NCBI GenBank assembly: GCA_043228905.1
Contig: JBHGNT010000003.1
Location: 496,001 to 560,000, forward strand
From: Azolla caroliniana
Taxonomy: Eukaryota > Plantae > Polypodiophyta
Length of the DNA: 64,000 nt
Reading direction: 5' to 3'
Under the pieces are notes generated by a model. That model made no database searches. It saw nothing but the letters and a program-made list of their open reading frames with translations, and was not told where the DNA came from. Below are positions 33,750 to 47,500 of the stretch, piece after piece; positions within the stretch are counted from its first letter, which is position 1; every line of letters begins with the position of its first letter. Position numbers and translations under genes: made by a program.

Positions 33750-35100
33750 GAAAAAAACATCATCATGACTAGTAACTTACACCAAAGTATAGAACCCTTC
33801 TAGGGGTCTAAATACTACCACTACGACTACAAACTCAATCCCACCCTATACACCAATGCAAATGTTGAATATGATGATATGTGACCTTCAAAGTTCTCTC
33901 TCTTCATGGTTGAGATTTCGTGAATTCTCTAGCATTGCCAATTGCCACAAAAGCAGTCCTTTTAACTTTACAACATATTTTCTCACCTCGACTTGCGAAT
34001 CCGAAGTGGAGGCATTTTGCATATTCCAATTGAACCATAGCACCCAATACCAAAATATCTCAAAAATAATTTGGAAATGAGACATCAATTCACTGTTCTC
34101 CATATGTGCAAAAACCCAATGGAATGAATATAATCTTACTCCACTTAAAGATATCCACACTAAATTGATACACCTCCAAACCATTCTAGCCATCGGGCAT
34201 GAAAGAAATTGAGGCCTACTATGTTTCAATTTCACTGAACAAAAGAAACACATTCCTCTAGCAATGTTTCTTTTGTTTAATGCATCCCCCAATGGTAAAG
34301 CTTTAACATCAATTGAGAACATCAACCTGCCTTGAACACATCAAACCACCAGGTAATGGCCTTGCAAAAACTCCATATCTTTATAATCGTTTCTTCCATC
34401 CACTTATGTTTGTGAATCAACTTTTGATAAGCATCATTTGTTGAGATCATAGTCAAACTCCTATTTCCAACAAATGTCTAATAAATCTCTTGAGATCCCC
34501 CATCTAAATAAGGAATCAGCTCATATGATGATAATAATACTTTCCACTTATCCCAAATAAAGGTATAACCTCTTGGAATAAGAAATGTTGATCTTGCGGT
34601 TCGAAAGTTTATTAATCTTCTATGTGACACCAACATAGCATCCTTGTTCATTACCAAACCCAATCTAGCTATCCAATTAAACTTAAGGTTAAGAAATTGT
34701 TTACCTTCCCACCTAAACAACCTTGATGTCGCCAAAACCTCTAGTTGTAATGAATTGGCACAATGTTCCCTTTCTTGTGGAGGATGCAATCACACAAAAT
34801 CCAACATACATTGCCAAGATGTCAATAAATGATTAACTATGTGAGACCCTACACATTTGACATCCCTTTCTGAATTAATGACATTCCACCAATTAACATT
34901 AATCGTCATGTTTCCAAGCTTAATTCCCGTCTTCTCTATGAAGTATGCCACCATTTTTGTCCAAAGTTGTACACCCTCAAACATAAATCAAATGAAATTA
35001 AATCAATGAGCCACCATATGCTCAAATAAATTCAATATTGATGTTCCACCAACACACTTCGAAGTACAAACCACGACACGACACATTTCCCTTTTCTCTT
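33750..35100 (-). mobile_element. Degenerate 3' portion of an L1-clade LINE (zf-RVT region)
   Basis: ORF 33888-34325(-) has LPLGDALNKRNIARGMCFFC...FLSCPMARMVW, the C-terminal zinc-binding region of LINE ORF2. Trp-rich broken frames lie upstream. Boundaries approximate. Confidence 0.7.
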
Positions 35101-36369
35101 CTATAACAACATCCACATTGAGTGTGACACCATTTTAAGAGCTTTCTTCAACTATGGTAACAAAGGAAGATAGGAAGACACCATAATCGATTGGACCACC
35201 TTTGATGAGACTGACATTCCAAGTTTATGACATACAACCGAAATCCCAACAAACCTCGAGCGTCAAACTTAGGGTCCCAAAATCATACCCACCTGATCGT
35301 ATATGAGATCCACATCCAATACTCATGATTGTATATGAGATCCACATCCAATACTCGTATAGGAGTTGTCTACGATACATTCAACCATATTCTAAAACTA
35401 AAAAATCATTCCCTTGATTCACATGTACCATATTTGGATTGACAATCGATGAGTTGTTGCATCTTAGCAAGATGATAACTATACTATTGGAATCCGGAAA
35501 TAATGACTCGACATAAGCTACAAGTCCTCATCTAGTGATGCATACATTAATAATGAATTAAACTTAGGCAAAGATCACGAAATTTGTTGAAGAAAATCGA
35601 TTTGTTGTTGGGCATTAGTTATTGTTTACTTTCGATGCATCATCCTAATGTCTTGTAGTGTTACATCACCCCTTGCTATCTACTTGTTACAAAAAGGTTA
35701 CCAAAATTACATTAAAAGAGAATCAAAGTAAGATTGGCGCAAGAACTAAGAGTAAAAATGTAATGGGGCCTTCCCAAACAAGGATTTATACAAATAGAAA
35801 CCTTGGGTAGCCTACAAATAGAGGTAGAAGAAAAGAGCCCCATGGCTCAATCTCGATACATTGAGGATCATGGTTCGGAGCAAAAAACCCCACCACCAGT
35901 CCCACATTTAAAACCACATCCAAGTAATCAACAAAGAATATATCCTTAAGTCTACTCAACAACCCCAAGCTCATTTTCCCGTTATTCTTCCTTCATTCTG
36001 TCACTTAATTCCAGTGGTCATAGAAGGATAGTATACTATTAAATTATTTTACCAACTGCCTGATTTGGGTAATGCAGAATGGAACGACATAAATTAAGTT
36101 ACTCGGGCTAAGGACTAATCAATTTCTCGACATTAGAGAGGCGTTCCGTTCTGAAGCTAGATGAACGCTACTCAAATGATCAGAATCTGCTGGGAGGAAT
36201 CGTCTTTTGATATCCAGATCTGCTGAATCTTATCCAAATCGAGATGAAGTTTGCTGTAAAACTATTGTAACTTGAATAGCGCAATTTGTAAAGGCTCATG
36301 ACTAGCCAAACGTAATAATATTAGGAGGATATTGAGGTCGTTCTGCTCATCAGCTGTAGGATATAAAGA

Positions 36370-37739
36370 CATTTAACTTGGCGTGTGCGAGAGCATCTTG
36401 CGCTCGAATTCAGGGAAGTGAAAACGTTGATTGATTGCATTTATGGAGGATATCTATCCTTAAATGTACTTTCCTGGTAAATCCATTTTGTTTCTCTTTC
36501 AGCATATGTATGTCTGGTTCAAACAATTCAGTAAAAGTTGCGAGCAAACAGTGCTTGCACTGGAATTCAGGGAAGAGGAAACGATGATTGATTGCGTTTA
36601 TGGAGGATATCTATATTTTAATGTACTTTCCTGGTAAATCCATTTTGTTTCTCTTCAGCATATGTATGTCCGGTTCAAACAATTTATTAAAAGCTGCTAG
36701 CAAGCAGATCTTGTGTTGGAATGCAGAGAAATGAAAACGTTGATTGCGTTTACGGAGGATATCTATCTTTAAATGTAATTTCTCGATAAATCCGTTTTGC
36801 TTCTCTTCAGCATATGTCTGGTTCAAACAAATTATGAAAAGTTGCGAGCAAGCAGATCTTCTGTTGGAATGCAGAGAAGTGATTGATCACTTTTATGGAG
36901 GATATCTATCCTTAAATATACTTTCCCGGTGAATCCATTTGGCTTCACTTCAGCATACATTCGAAAACGTTGATTGAATATATATCTTTCTATCTTTAAA
37001 TATACTTTCCTGGTAAATCAGTTTTGCTTCTCTTCAGGATATGTATGTCTGGTTTAAACAATTTATTAAAGAGTTGCAACCAAGCAGAACATGTGTTCGA
37101 ATGCAGGGAAGTGAAAACGTTGATTGATTGCATTTATGGAGGATATATCTTTAAATGCTTGGTTCAAACAATTTATTAAAGATTGCTAGCAAGCAAATCT
37201 AATTATGGAATGCGGACAAGTGAAAACTTTGATTGATTGCGTTTATGGAGGACATCAATCTTTAAATATACTTTGCTGGTGAATCCATTTTGCTTCACTT
37301 CAGCATACATATAAAACCGTTGATGGATTGCGTTTATGGAGGATACCTATCTTTAAGTATCCTTTACTGGTGATTCCATTTTGCTTCACTTCAGCATACA
37401 TATAAAACCGTTGATTGATTGCGTTTATGGAGGATACCTATCTTTAAGTATCCTTTACTGGTGATTCCATTTTGCTTCACTTCAGAATACATATCTGGTT
37501 AAAACAATTTATTAAAAGTTGCGAGCAAGTACTTTCCTAGTAAACCCGATTTGCTTCTCTTCAGCATATATATGTCACCAATTTACTGAAATGTTTCGAG
37601 CAAGCAGAGCAGATCTTATGTTGGAATGCGTACAAGTGATACCTATATTCCAATATGCATTGTTGGTAAATCCGTTTTTCTTCTCTTCAGCATATATATA
37701 TATTTCTGGTTCATTCAATTTGGAAAAAAGTTTTGAGCA
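36370..37739. repeat. Diverged tandem satellite, ~155-bp monomer with ~90-bp truncated variants, about 10 units
   Basis: Recurring AAAACGTTGATTGATTGCGTTTATGGAGGATATCTATCTTTAAA...TAAATCCATTTTGCTTCTCTTCAGCATA...CTGGTTCAAACAATTTATTAAAAG near 36421, 36579, 36734, 36880, 36964, 37114, 37223, 37313 and 37405. Confidence 0.85.
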
Positions 37740-40700
37740 GACCATCAGTTGTTATCAGCTAAATCCTTCTCAGAGGAAGATCTTAATAAGAGACAACTTG
37801 TACTAGAAACAGTACAACAGAAGGTCACTCATGTAATGGCTTCCCCGTTGCTTCAACCATTTATAGACACTGAAGTCTGGACAGCGGCTAAATCCCTGGG
37901 TAAATATGTGTGTCTTGGAAATGATGCCATAGGAGTGGTATTCTATTTGCACTATTGGGACTTGTTGGGGCCTATTCTTACTAGACCAGTTAATTTAATT
38001 TTCTCAACAGGAAAGGAATCATATACATGATTCCAAAATCAGATGCTCAATGTAATGAAATATCAAAATGGGGTCCAAAAACTTTGCTTAACGACATCTA
38101 TAAAATAGTAGCAAAAACTATAGCTAATAGAATGCGACCACTGCTTCCCTCAATTATACATAATACACAATCAGGATTCCTTCAAGATAGAAGCATCTTT
38201 GACAATATCTTCCTTTTTTGGGAGATGATTGCATTGCCTCAACATCACAAACAATCCCTTGCTATACTATTATTAGACTTTGAGAAAGCATATGATAAAG
38301 TAGATTGGGACTTTCTGGAGGTAGTTCTATTAAGATTAGGGTTTCCAAGTGCATGGATAAAAGTGTGTCTGCATTATATAGACATGTGCCTAGCTCAGTT
38401 CTATTTATTGGAGGCAATGATACATTATTTCCAATTTCTAGATCTGTTCGACAAGGTTGTTCGTTAGCACCGTTTTATTTTATTTTATTTGGGGAAAGCT
38501 TTATCATCTTTTCTTAGATCCTCAATGACGGCTATCCAAGCAATAGCCTTACCTATTGCAAACTCGACAGTTCTTGATGCTGAGTTTGCGGATGACATTG
38601 CTCTTTATATTCACTGAGATGTTGTTAATCTTGATCGGGTACAGAATGATTTATAAATATTTTCAGATGCTACTGGAGCCTCTCTCAATTGGAATAAATT
38701 TGTAGGCCTTTGGGTCAGTGATGAACCGCGTCCAGAATGGTATCCAGGCCCTGCATTCCGTTGGCTAAATCATGGGGAGCCGATTCGTTATTTAGTCTGT
38801 CTTGTTGGTATAGATTTATCATCTGAAGTGATGCTATCACCATTGCTATTATCAATTAAGCATAAGTTGGTATATTGGGACTCGTAGCAGTTATCCCTTG
38901 CAAGTCGGGTTGTCATTGCAAATTCGGTGTTGTTGGCCTCAATGTGGTTTATTGCATCTGCTTGGTTGTTCTTTAGGTCGGCAATCATGAAAGTTCAAAG
39001 CCTCATACGTAACTTCCTTTGGGGTGGGAAAAATGGATCGTGTGCAGTGGCCAAGGTGGCATGAGATGTTTTGATTAGGCCAAAAAGTCAGGGACGGTTG
39101 GCTCTAATAGATCCCTTGATACAATCTCGAGCTCTCTTGACAAAGTTTGTAGTCAGAGGACTGTTGCCAAGGACAGAGGCATGGAAGGGCATGTTGCTTA
39201 ATTAGTTGATGCAATTATCTCCCAAGACGGGAGGAAACTGGTTGCCTTCTTTGACATGAATGTTCTTGATAGATATTCAGACACCGAGACGGAATCTAAC
39301 ATCCAATAGATTTCTACCGGGGATCATCAAAGCATGGGATGCAATCAAGATTTTTTTACGTAAGGAGATGCCTAACACATGGGATGGTTGGATGAATCAA
39401 TCGCTTTTGGCTAATTCTCTCGTTCGTAATTTTATTGGAAATGTATTGGACCTTAGACCTCGTCTTGCATGGGGAAAACTTAACAATGGGCCAACAATAT
39501 CAATAGGATCCTGGATTCATTTTCAGCTGATGCCAGAAATGGATCGCCTCAAGCAGTTACACTCGATATATGGGGCGGAGACAATGACAATGGATATTTT
39601 AGTAGCCTTCTCTCAAGCTTCATCACGATTTCAGCCAATGCAAGAGCATATGTGGTTTGGTTGCCTTACAAATGGCATGATGCTCTTTGTTAAAGGAATG
39701 TCTGTAGATGAGTGTATTTTTTATTTCCATATTCAACAGGATAATAAATTGTAGCCTTATACAGCCTTATACACCCTCTAATAATTTGCTACAAAATTTG
39801 CTTGTTGTTCCAGTTAGGGTGATTGCAAAACTTCTAAGAAATAGCTCTTAGATCCACAACCGTCAATAGCCCATTTGTTAGATATGCTTTGGTTATATGC
39901 ATGACAACCAATCAATAGGCTAATGTGGGACCCAGGGGGATGGTCTTGGACTAGTCCCATGATAAATCCAATGCAAAAAGTTCCGTTCTTTAAGTATAAT
40001 GTGAAATTTGGTAGAACCTTACTCATGTCTAAGAATATTCCAACTCCTGCGGCTCAAAAGCACTGGAATAAGTGGGGTGTATGAAGCAATCATTTGAAGG
40101 CTTATTGGAAATGGATTTGGTCTTTTAGGGGACCAACAAAATACACTCTTCATATGACTTTTACTACATGCAGCACTACCAATAGGTTAGTCTTTAAAAG
40201 GAAACGGGGCACCCGTTTTTAGACAATGTAGTTATTGTGGTGACTTGCAAGAAACTACCAAGCATGCTCTCTAGTCTTGTTCACTAGCCCAAAAGGTATG
40301 GAATAAAGTTCTTTCTTCATTCTTAACAATTAATGGAGGTTGCCTATTCTCCTAGGGATCAAAGATATGAGAGGTTCTCCATTCCAATCTCTTATTGTAT
40401 GAGGCAGATGATGCTCTCACCTTATTGTATGGGACAACTTATTGGCAGTAGTGTGTGGGCAATATGACAATATGTCAAGCCCTTCAGAGGTTGTTCTAAA
40501 GAAAAAGAAAAAATTGCTACAATTATGGAAGAAGTTGCCCCTATTCACGATCTCCATGGGACAACTTATTGGCAGTAGTGCATGGGAAATATGACAATAT
40601 GTCAAGCCCTTCAAAGGTTGTTGTAAAGAAAAAGAAAAAATTGCTACAATTATGGAAGAAGTTGCCCCTATTCACGATCTCCATGGGACAACTTATTGGC

Positions 40701-40927
40701 AGTAGTGCGTGGGAAATATGACAATATGTCAAGCCCTTCAGAGGTTGTTCTAAAGAAAAAGAAAAGATTGCTGTAGTTATGGAAGAAGTTGCCTCTATTC
40801 ACAATCTCCTCTAAAGGACCTTCCCTTGATTATCCTTTTTGTATATAACACTCTCTAATTGTACAGTTTGCAACCATAGGGCGTTTTTTCTTATTAATGA
40901 AAGAAATCTTTTTGGGTAGAAAAAGAG
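37740..40927 (+). mobile_element. 5'-truncated, degenerate L1/Tx1-like LINE inserted into the satellite
   Basis: RT motifs LLNDIYKIVAKTIANR, QSGFLQDRSIFDN, LDFEKAYDKVDW, SVRQGCSLAP and EFADD; zf-RVT remnants at ~40.2 kb; A-rich end. Candidate TSD GTTTTGAGCA at 37730-37739 and 40928-40937. Confidence 0.88.
40429..40809. repeat. Three tandem 127-bp copies near the LINE 3' end
   Basis: ATGGGACAACTTATTGGCAGTAGTG... starts at 40429, 40556 and 40683. Confidence 0.9.
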
Positions 40928-41210
40928 GTTTTGAGCAAAGAAGAGAAATTTTTGACTGTTTTCGTTTATATCTTTAAGCATACTTTCCTGATGAATCCAT
41001 TTTGATTCACTTCAGCATACTTATCTGGTACATACAATTTACTAAAAAGTTTTCATCAGAGAAGTGAAAATTTCCATTAATATGTCCATTAATCCAATTT
41101 ACAAGTTTGGAGCAATCAGGCCAGAGATTGTGTTGGAATGCAAAGAAGTGAAAACTTTAATTGACTGCTTCTAGGGAGGATATCTATCTTCAAATAAAAT
41201 TCCCTGGTTC
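40928..41210. repeat. Continuation of the ~155-bp satellite after the LINE
   Basis: GAATCCATTTTGATTCACTTCAGCATAC, TGTTGGAATGCAAAGAAGTGAAAAC and GGAGGATATCTATCTT blocks match the 36.4-37.7 kb monomer. Confidence 0.75.
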
Positions 41211-42699
41211 CCAGCTTCATCTAATAGCTGCGATATCCTTCGACTTTATACTTGAAAAACGTCCACATTTTAAGGAGTCTGGAGAAGTAAACAATTACGA
41301 GGAACACAGACAAGATTCGAACAATTTACTCAAAATTGCGAGCTTCATCTAATTGATGCGATATCGTTCAACCTTATCCTCGAAAATGTTCTCAGGTTTT
41401 TAGGAGTCTAAAGAAGTAAACAATGAAAGGTAACACAAACATTGTATAGACCATCTTGGTCAGTTTTATAGGTTATTGTCTCCTCCGATATGTGCATTGT
41501 TTTTCATGTTTAAGTGTTGTGATATGCATTCCAGAGCTACGCAGAAGGAGACAGATAAAATGTATGGAGAGCTAATATCAGAAAACAATAAAAAGGAAAC
41601 AGGAAGGTCGTCCGGATTTTAGGAGTCTGAAGAAGTAAACAATTAAAGGTAACACAAACATGGTATAGACCTTCTTCTTCAGTCTGATAGGTTTTTGTGT
41701 CCAGGAATATGCATTGTTTTTCATGTTTAAGTGTTGTCATATGCATTGATTCCAAACAACTAATGCAGTAGAAGCGACAATTCCAATTCCCCTCTTCTGG
41801 AGTAGCGCAGCAGCAGGAGACAGATAAAATTTATGGAGAGCTACTATCAGAGAACACTCAAAAGGAAACAGGAGTGTCGTCAGCGAAACTTCCATTGCAT
41901 GTAAATGTATGCCTCACATGAAACAGATCGAGCGTATAGAACGCAATATTCCATCTGGGATTAACAGAGGCAATAATGGACACAGAGAGACAGGTAACAA
42001 CCGAGGTGTTCAGACAGGAAAATTTAAAGACAGTAAAAAATATGTGAGTCGAACGCAACATTTGAAAGACTCCCAAAAACTCAAAAGACCAAATTCAGAA
42101 AAGAAACACAAAAAAATTGCTCCGAATTACAAAACTCACCCGACCTTAGCAAGCACTGGACAACAAGACCTAAGAAACGATGGCAAAACAGAAACAGAAC
42201 AGAAGCCCTCGTACAACCAGTTTGATAGCCAGAAAATTAGTCCCGATCACACAACTCTCCCAAAACTTAAGAAGAACGAGAGATGACCTGGAAAACGCAA
42301 CTTACTGAAAACCCTAAGACGCGATGACAAAACATAAACAGAACAGAAGCTCTCAGACAACGAGTTTGATAACCTTCATTGCGAGACTGCGTATAAGCAG
42401 AATCTGCATAAGGGGAAAATGTACAAGTTTGTCATCTTCGAAGCTCCCATGGAATCTTGCTTCTCTGTTTCAGGGTAATTAGGGTTTGTAGAAAAACTAT
42501 GGAGCGTAAAGATTATAATGATGTTCCCCAATCGTATTCACACCTGCTGGGAATGTCCGGCCGCATGCATCTTAAGGGGTGCTGTATTTCTCATCCGTTC
42601 TCCCAAAGTCCTATCCTCTCTCTAAGAGCAAGTCCCATACTTAAAGACGCCGCCTAGAAGGTTGAGCTCATATGTGCATACCTTATTCACGCATAGAGA

Positions 42700-43653
42700 T
42701 GTTGTGCTTCAGCCGTAGCTGCATGTGAAGTCGTATGGCTCAAGAGGATTTTGAAGGATTTGGGCGTCCCCATCAAGGATCTGACTCCCATTTACTATGA
42801 CAACATGAGCAGTATATATCTGGCTTGGAACCCGGTGTTCCACGCGCGCACAAAGCACATCGAAGTGCACTATCACTTCATTCGAGAGCGCATACATGCC
42901 GGAGATGTCGATCTTCTACACATCAACACGAATCTTCAGACAACCGACATCTTCACCAAGGCCATAGGAGCCGACAAGCACAATTCATGTCAGACCTCGT
43001 ATTGACGATCCTTGACTTGCCAAGCTTGAGGGGGAGTACAAGCGAGAACCGGATACTGTCCGAACTGGGTACGAGCCGAAGCAAACACCGAAGATCGTCC
43101 GAACCGGATACCAACCGAAGCGGACATCAATAAAAAGGAACCGACCCGAGTTGAGCTTGAGGTGGCGTGTTGAGAATCAAGCTCAACATAATGCAACATG
43201 TGAACACACCTTTGAGAATCTATGTGCACTCAAAGGTCAAGAGTCATACCATTCTCTACACATTAAACTATGTGTCATAAAATCATATTCTATGACACAT
43301 AACTAATGAGTTACATATTCCCCATGATTATGAGTCTTCACATTCCCTAAGAGAGAGAGTGGTTGTTGTAAGTTAATGAAGAGAGAGGGTGACTCTATAT
43401 AAAGCACTCTCCTCATACTTTATACCAAGTCGGTTGTGACTCCTTGTAATGCTACAATTTTGTATTTCTATTCTACTTGTGAAATATACACCTTCTTCTT
43501 GAGTATTTTATTTCTCTTGCTTATCTATCTTGTGTTCTCTTCTCTCCTCTATTTTTCTCACACACAAACACACATATCTATTCCGCTGCACAAGAGTCAC
43601 CATCGATTCTTTACACCTCTTCTGTTGCCAAATTTGGATAGTTCTTTATAACA
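42700..43653 (+). mobile_element. Truncated copia remnant: RNase H end, 3' region, PPT and 3' LTR
   Basis: DNMSSIYLAWNPVFHARTKHIEVHYHFIRE...DIFTKA. TTGAGCTTGAGGTGGCG is followed by an LTR starting TGTTGAGAATCAAGCTCAAC at 43168; LTR end ~43653 is approximate. Confidence 0.8.
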
Positions 43654-44213
43654 TGTTCATTTCTTTTACAGTATTCGCAAAATAGTTTTTGTGAAGTATT
43701 AGCAAATTTTTGCTTACTAGCATATGAGTTCCATTTACCATTGCCCTTCTAACTTGCTAGGAAAGCTTTATCTACAACACACATAATAAACCTGTTTTGC
43801 CTAGATTGATCTTCATGTAACGAAATAGAAACTAACTGCTCGAAAGATAAGGCGTTGGGATTAACTTTCAATGTCATTAAACAAAGAGTAGAAGCAAAAC
43901 TCTGATATGAATCAGGAAAACCATTTAGAACGGTCTAAAGTGATGAACTATCTGGTGTCATTTCATTAGCAAAAATTAATTGTTTCTTCAAATCTTTGAT
44001 TTTTGTAAGAAAACTGTATAGAGAATCACCTTCATTCATGTGCTCACTCTCCAACTATTTTCGAAGATAGGCACGAGCCTAATTTCTTGCCTAGTACAAA
44101 GTGGTAATTGTATCCCAAGCATCCTTTGCCATCTTGCAAGAGCGAATATGAGGAATAATGGCACATTTGAAAGACAAAGCTATCAATGCATGGGCTTAAG
44201 CAAATGTGCCATC
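43654..44213 (-). pseudogene. Old copia gag remnant (downstream part)
   Basis: Minus strand reads AHALIALSFKCAIIPHIRSCKMAKDAWDTITTLY*...FLTKIKDLKKQL (UBN2 gag) with many stops. It continues the frame broken at 49640. Confidence 0.7.
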
Positions 44214-44507
44214 TGTCATGATATGACAAAACTCGAACCCATAACCTTATGTTATATGTGTCGAGCTTTTGACCATTACATTATCTATTGTAATATGTAT
44301 GATATTATTTTCATTTAAGTTTTACTATAGAAAATTATTGTATATTCCAAATTTCTCTAGAACATTCTAGAAGCTTCAAGACTATTCCTGAAAACACTAT
44401 AAAAAGAGGCACAAGGCATTATTTCAAACCAAGTTGGTTCAACGCTAGTCTTAAGCCTCAAAGCTATTTTGTACTTACTCTTCACATAATATATCATTTG
44501 TTATCAT

Positions 44508-44554
<47 letters not shown>

Positions 44555-47500
44555 TAATACTAATAGTACTTCCCTTCTCTAGTAGTAATTCTCTCTCTGT
44601 TTTAGTACTATTCCTGACAGTTTGAACCAAAATTTCCCTCTAGTCTTCTTTTCGGTTTCCCTCATCCTATTACCCCTTTTTCCAATATTATGGCTACTAT
44701 TAGCGCCCAGGAATATCAATCTGTTTTTCTGAGCTATAGTGTCGAAAAGAAAAATTCGTTGCATTGGAACAAGAAAACCAACGATTGTTAGGGGATCTTC
44801 AACAAATTGCTTTACAAAAATAGCAAACGTAGCAACAACATGGCGAGTTAGCGTTACACGTACAACAACTCGAAGCAACAATCGTAGCATTACAACAACA
44901 AGGATCAAGTCCCCAAGGACTTCATAAAGAGCCCAAGGTTGGTCTTCCTGTGAAATTCGATGGAACACGCTCACAATTCAGAGGATTCCTTAATCAGGTA
45001 CGCTTAGTCATGCAAATGCATCCTTCCCGATACCCCACTGATGCATCTTGAGTAGGCCTAATAGGCACGTTGCTTAGCGGCTCAGCCTTGGCATGGTTCG
45101 CTCCACTTTTGGAAAAACAATCTCCCTTGCTTAATAACTTTGAAGACTTTATTAGCGAGTTTAAAGCCTACTTTGGAGATATCGACAGCATTAGGACGAC
45201 GATCAACAAAATCCGACGATTGCGTCAAGGTGATCGTCCAGCCTCTACCTACGCAGCGGATTTCCGTCTACTCGCCTCAAATATCCCTTGGGATGATCAA
45301 GCACTAATGAAGTAGTTCTGCTACGGCTTGCGAAACGACGTCAAAGATTTACTTTTAACCTTTCCCGAAGAACCAAAATCTCTTACAGAGGCAATCAGTC
45401 GTGCGGTTCGATGTGACAACCGCCTTTTCGAACGACGTTCGGAACGTCAATTTCAAATGCCACGGACTAGGCTAGAGCCTACATACGCCTCAATCGCAGC
45501 TACACCAATTGCACAAGATGTATCTCAGGCAAATACTCTGACGCTGATGGAGATCGACACCATGCGTCGACGTGGCCCATTATCGGAAGAAGAAAAACAA
45601 TGACAACATGCAAATCGATTATGTCTTTATTGCGGTGGACTAGGGCATATCACCATCAACTGTCCCCATAGGCCAAGAAGACAGGTAAATCAAATCGTAG
45701 CCTGTACTAAACCCAAGTCAATTTCCGTAGGAGTGTCTGATAGTATTAATAATACTGATAGCCCAAGTATCTCAAACAAATTTGAAATCCTTAGTCAATT
45801 AGAGGAAGAATTAAACGACTAAGTCTAGCCAAAATAAGAGTCGTTTGGTTGGTTAGCCCTACATCTGTGCAGCCCATTAATGGTTCCATTCCCTCTAAGC
45901 AAGTTAGCAATGTGTTCTTAGCCCAAGTCATGATTCGTACTAAAAGTACCCCTCCAGTACATGTCTTAGCACTTTTAGATTCTTGAGCCAATTCCTATTT
46001 CATGGATCGGAATTTTGCCCAAGCTTCTCAGATATCCTTAAGAAAACTTCCTTGCCCCGCATTTGTAGTAGTCATTGATGGTCATCCCATTGCTTCTGGG
46101 AATATCGTAGAAGAGTTAGAACCCATTCAAGTTGTCCTAGATAGCTTTGTGTGTGTGGTATCATTTAATATAATTAGTAGTCCAGAGCATCCCATTGTCT
46201 TGGGATTACCGTGGTTTGAAGTACATAATCCAGACATAGATTGGAGAACAAGACAAGTCCGATATCGACAACCCCGAGAGTCTACTCATCGAGTTTCGAC
46301 CATTTCGCTCCATCAATTACGCGAAGAAGGACGCAAGGAGTCAATGTTTCTATTTGCAATATCAGTACATCCTTCCAGCACTATTAAAAATGAATCCTTA
46401 GTTCAACTTCCCGTGAAATATCATCCTTGTGCCAATGTATTTGACAAGGTCAGAGCTGGTACTCTTCCTCATCATCGTCCCTATGATTGTCCCATCGATT
46501 TACAACCAGGAACGGAGCCACCGTGGGGACCGATTTACAACTTGTCACCAACCGAGTTGGAAGTCCTTCGAGCCTACACAGAAGAGAATTTGGCAGGCGG
46601 GTTTATTCGTCATTCGAAATCTTCGACCGGTGCACCCATTTTCTTTGTCAAAAAGAAAGATGGATCCCTTCGTCTCGTCATTGATTACCGCGGCTTAAAT
46701 AAGGTCACCACTCGGAATAGGTATGCACTTCCCCTTATATCAAGTCTATTAGAACGTGTCAATGGTGCCAAGTTTTTTACAAAAATCGACTTACGAGGAG
46801 CATATAACCTCGTGTGGATCTGATCGGGAGACGAATGGAAGACCGCTTTTCACACCCGATATGGGCACTTCGAGTATACCGTTATGTCGTTCGGTCTAAC
46901 CAATGCGCCTGCACCGCAGTCTTCCAGCACATGGCAAATCATATATTTAGAGATCTCTTGGATATATGTTTGATCATCTATCTAGATGATCTATTGATTT
47001 ATTCGAAGACCCAGGAAGAGCATGATTGTCATGTACTATTAGTACTAAAACGACTCCGAGAGCATGGTCTTTATGCCAAACTAGAAAATGTAGCTTTGAC
47101 TGCAAGCAAGTGGAATTTCTAGGCTACGTCATATCCTCAAATGACATCTCCATGGATCCTGCTAAAGTCCAAAACGTGCTAGAGTGGCAAACTCCACGTT
47201 CTTGATGAGATGTGCAATGTTTCCTAGGATTTGTTAACTTCTACCACAAGTTTATACAAGATTACTCGAAGATTATTTTACCTCTCACACAGCTTACCAA
47301 GAAGGGACGGTCATTTCTTTGGTCCAATGAAGCAGACATGGCTTTTATGCATCTTAAGAAATCCTTTACATCAGCTCCTATTCTAGCTCATGTAGATAAA
47401 AACAAACCATTCATCATTGAGACCGATGCATCAGATTTCCCCCTCGGGAGCATCATTTCATAACAAGGAGATAAAGAAAAGTTACATTCTGTGGATTTCC

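Noticed and set aside
41909-42286. 125-aa Lys/Gln-rich ORF
   Set aside because: Reflects A-rich strand bias and local duplications; no domain or splice support.
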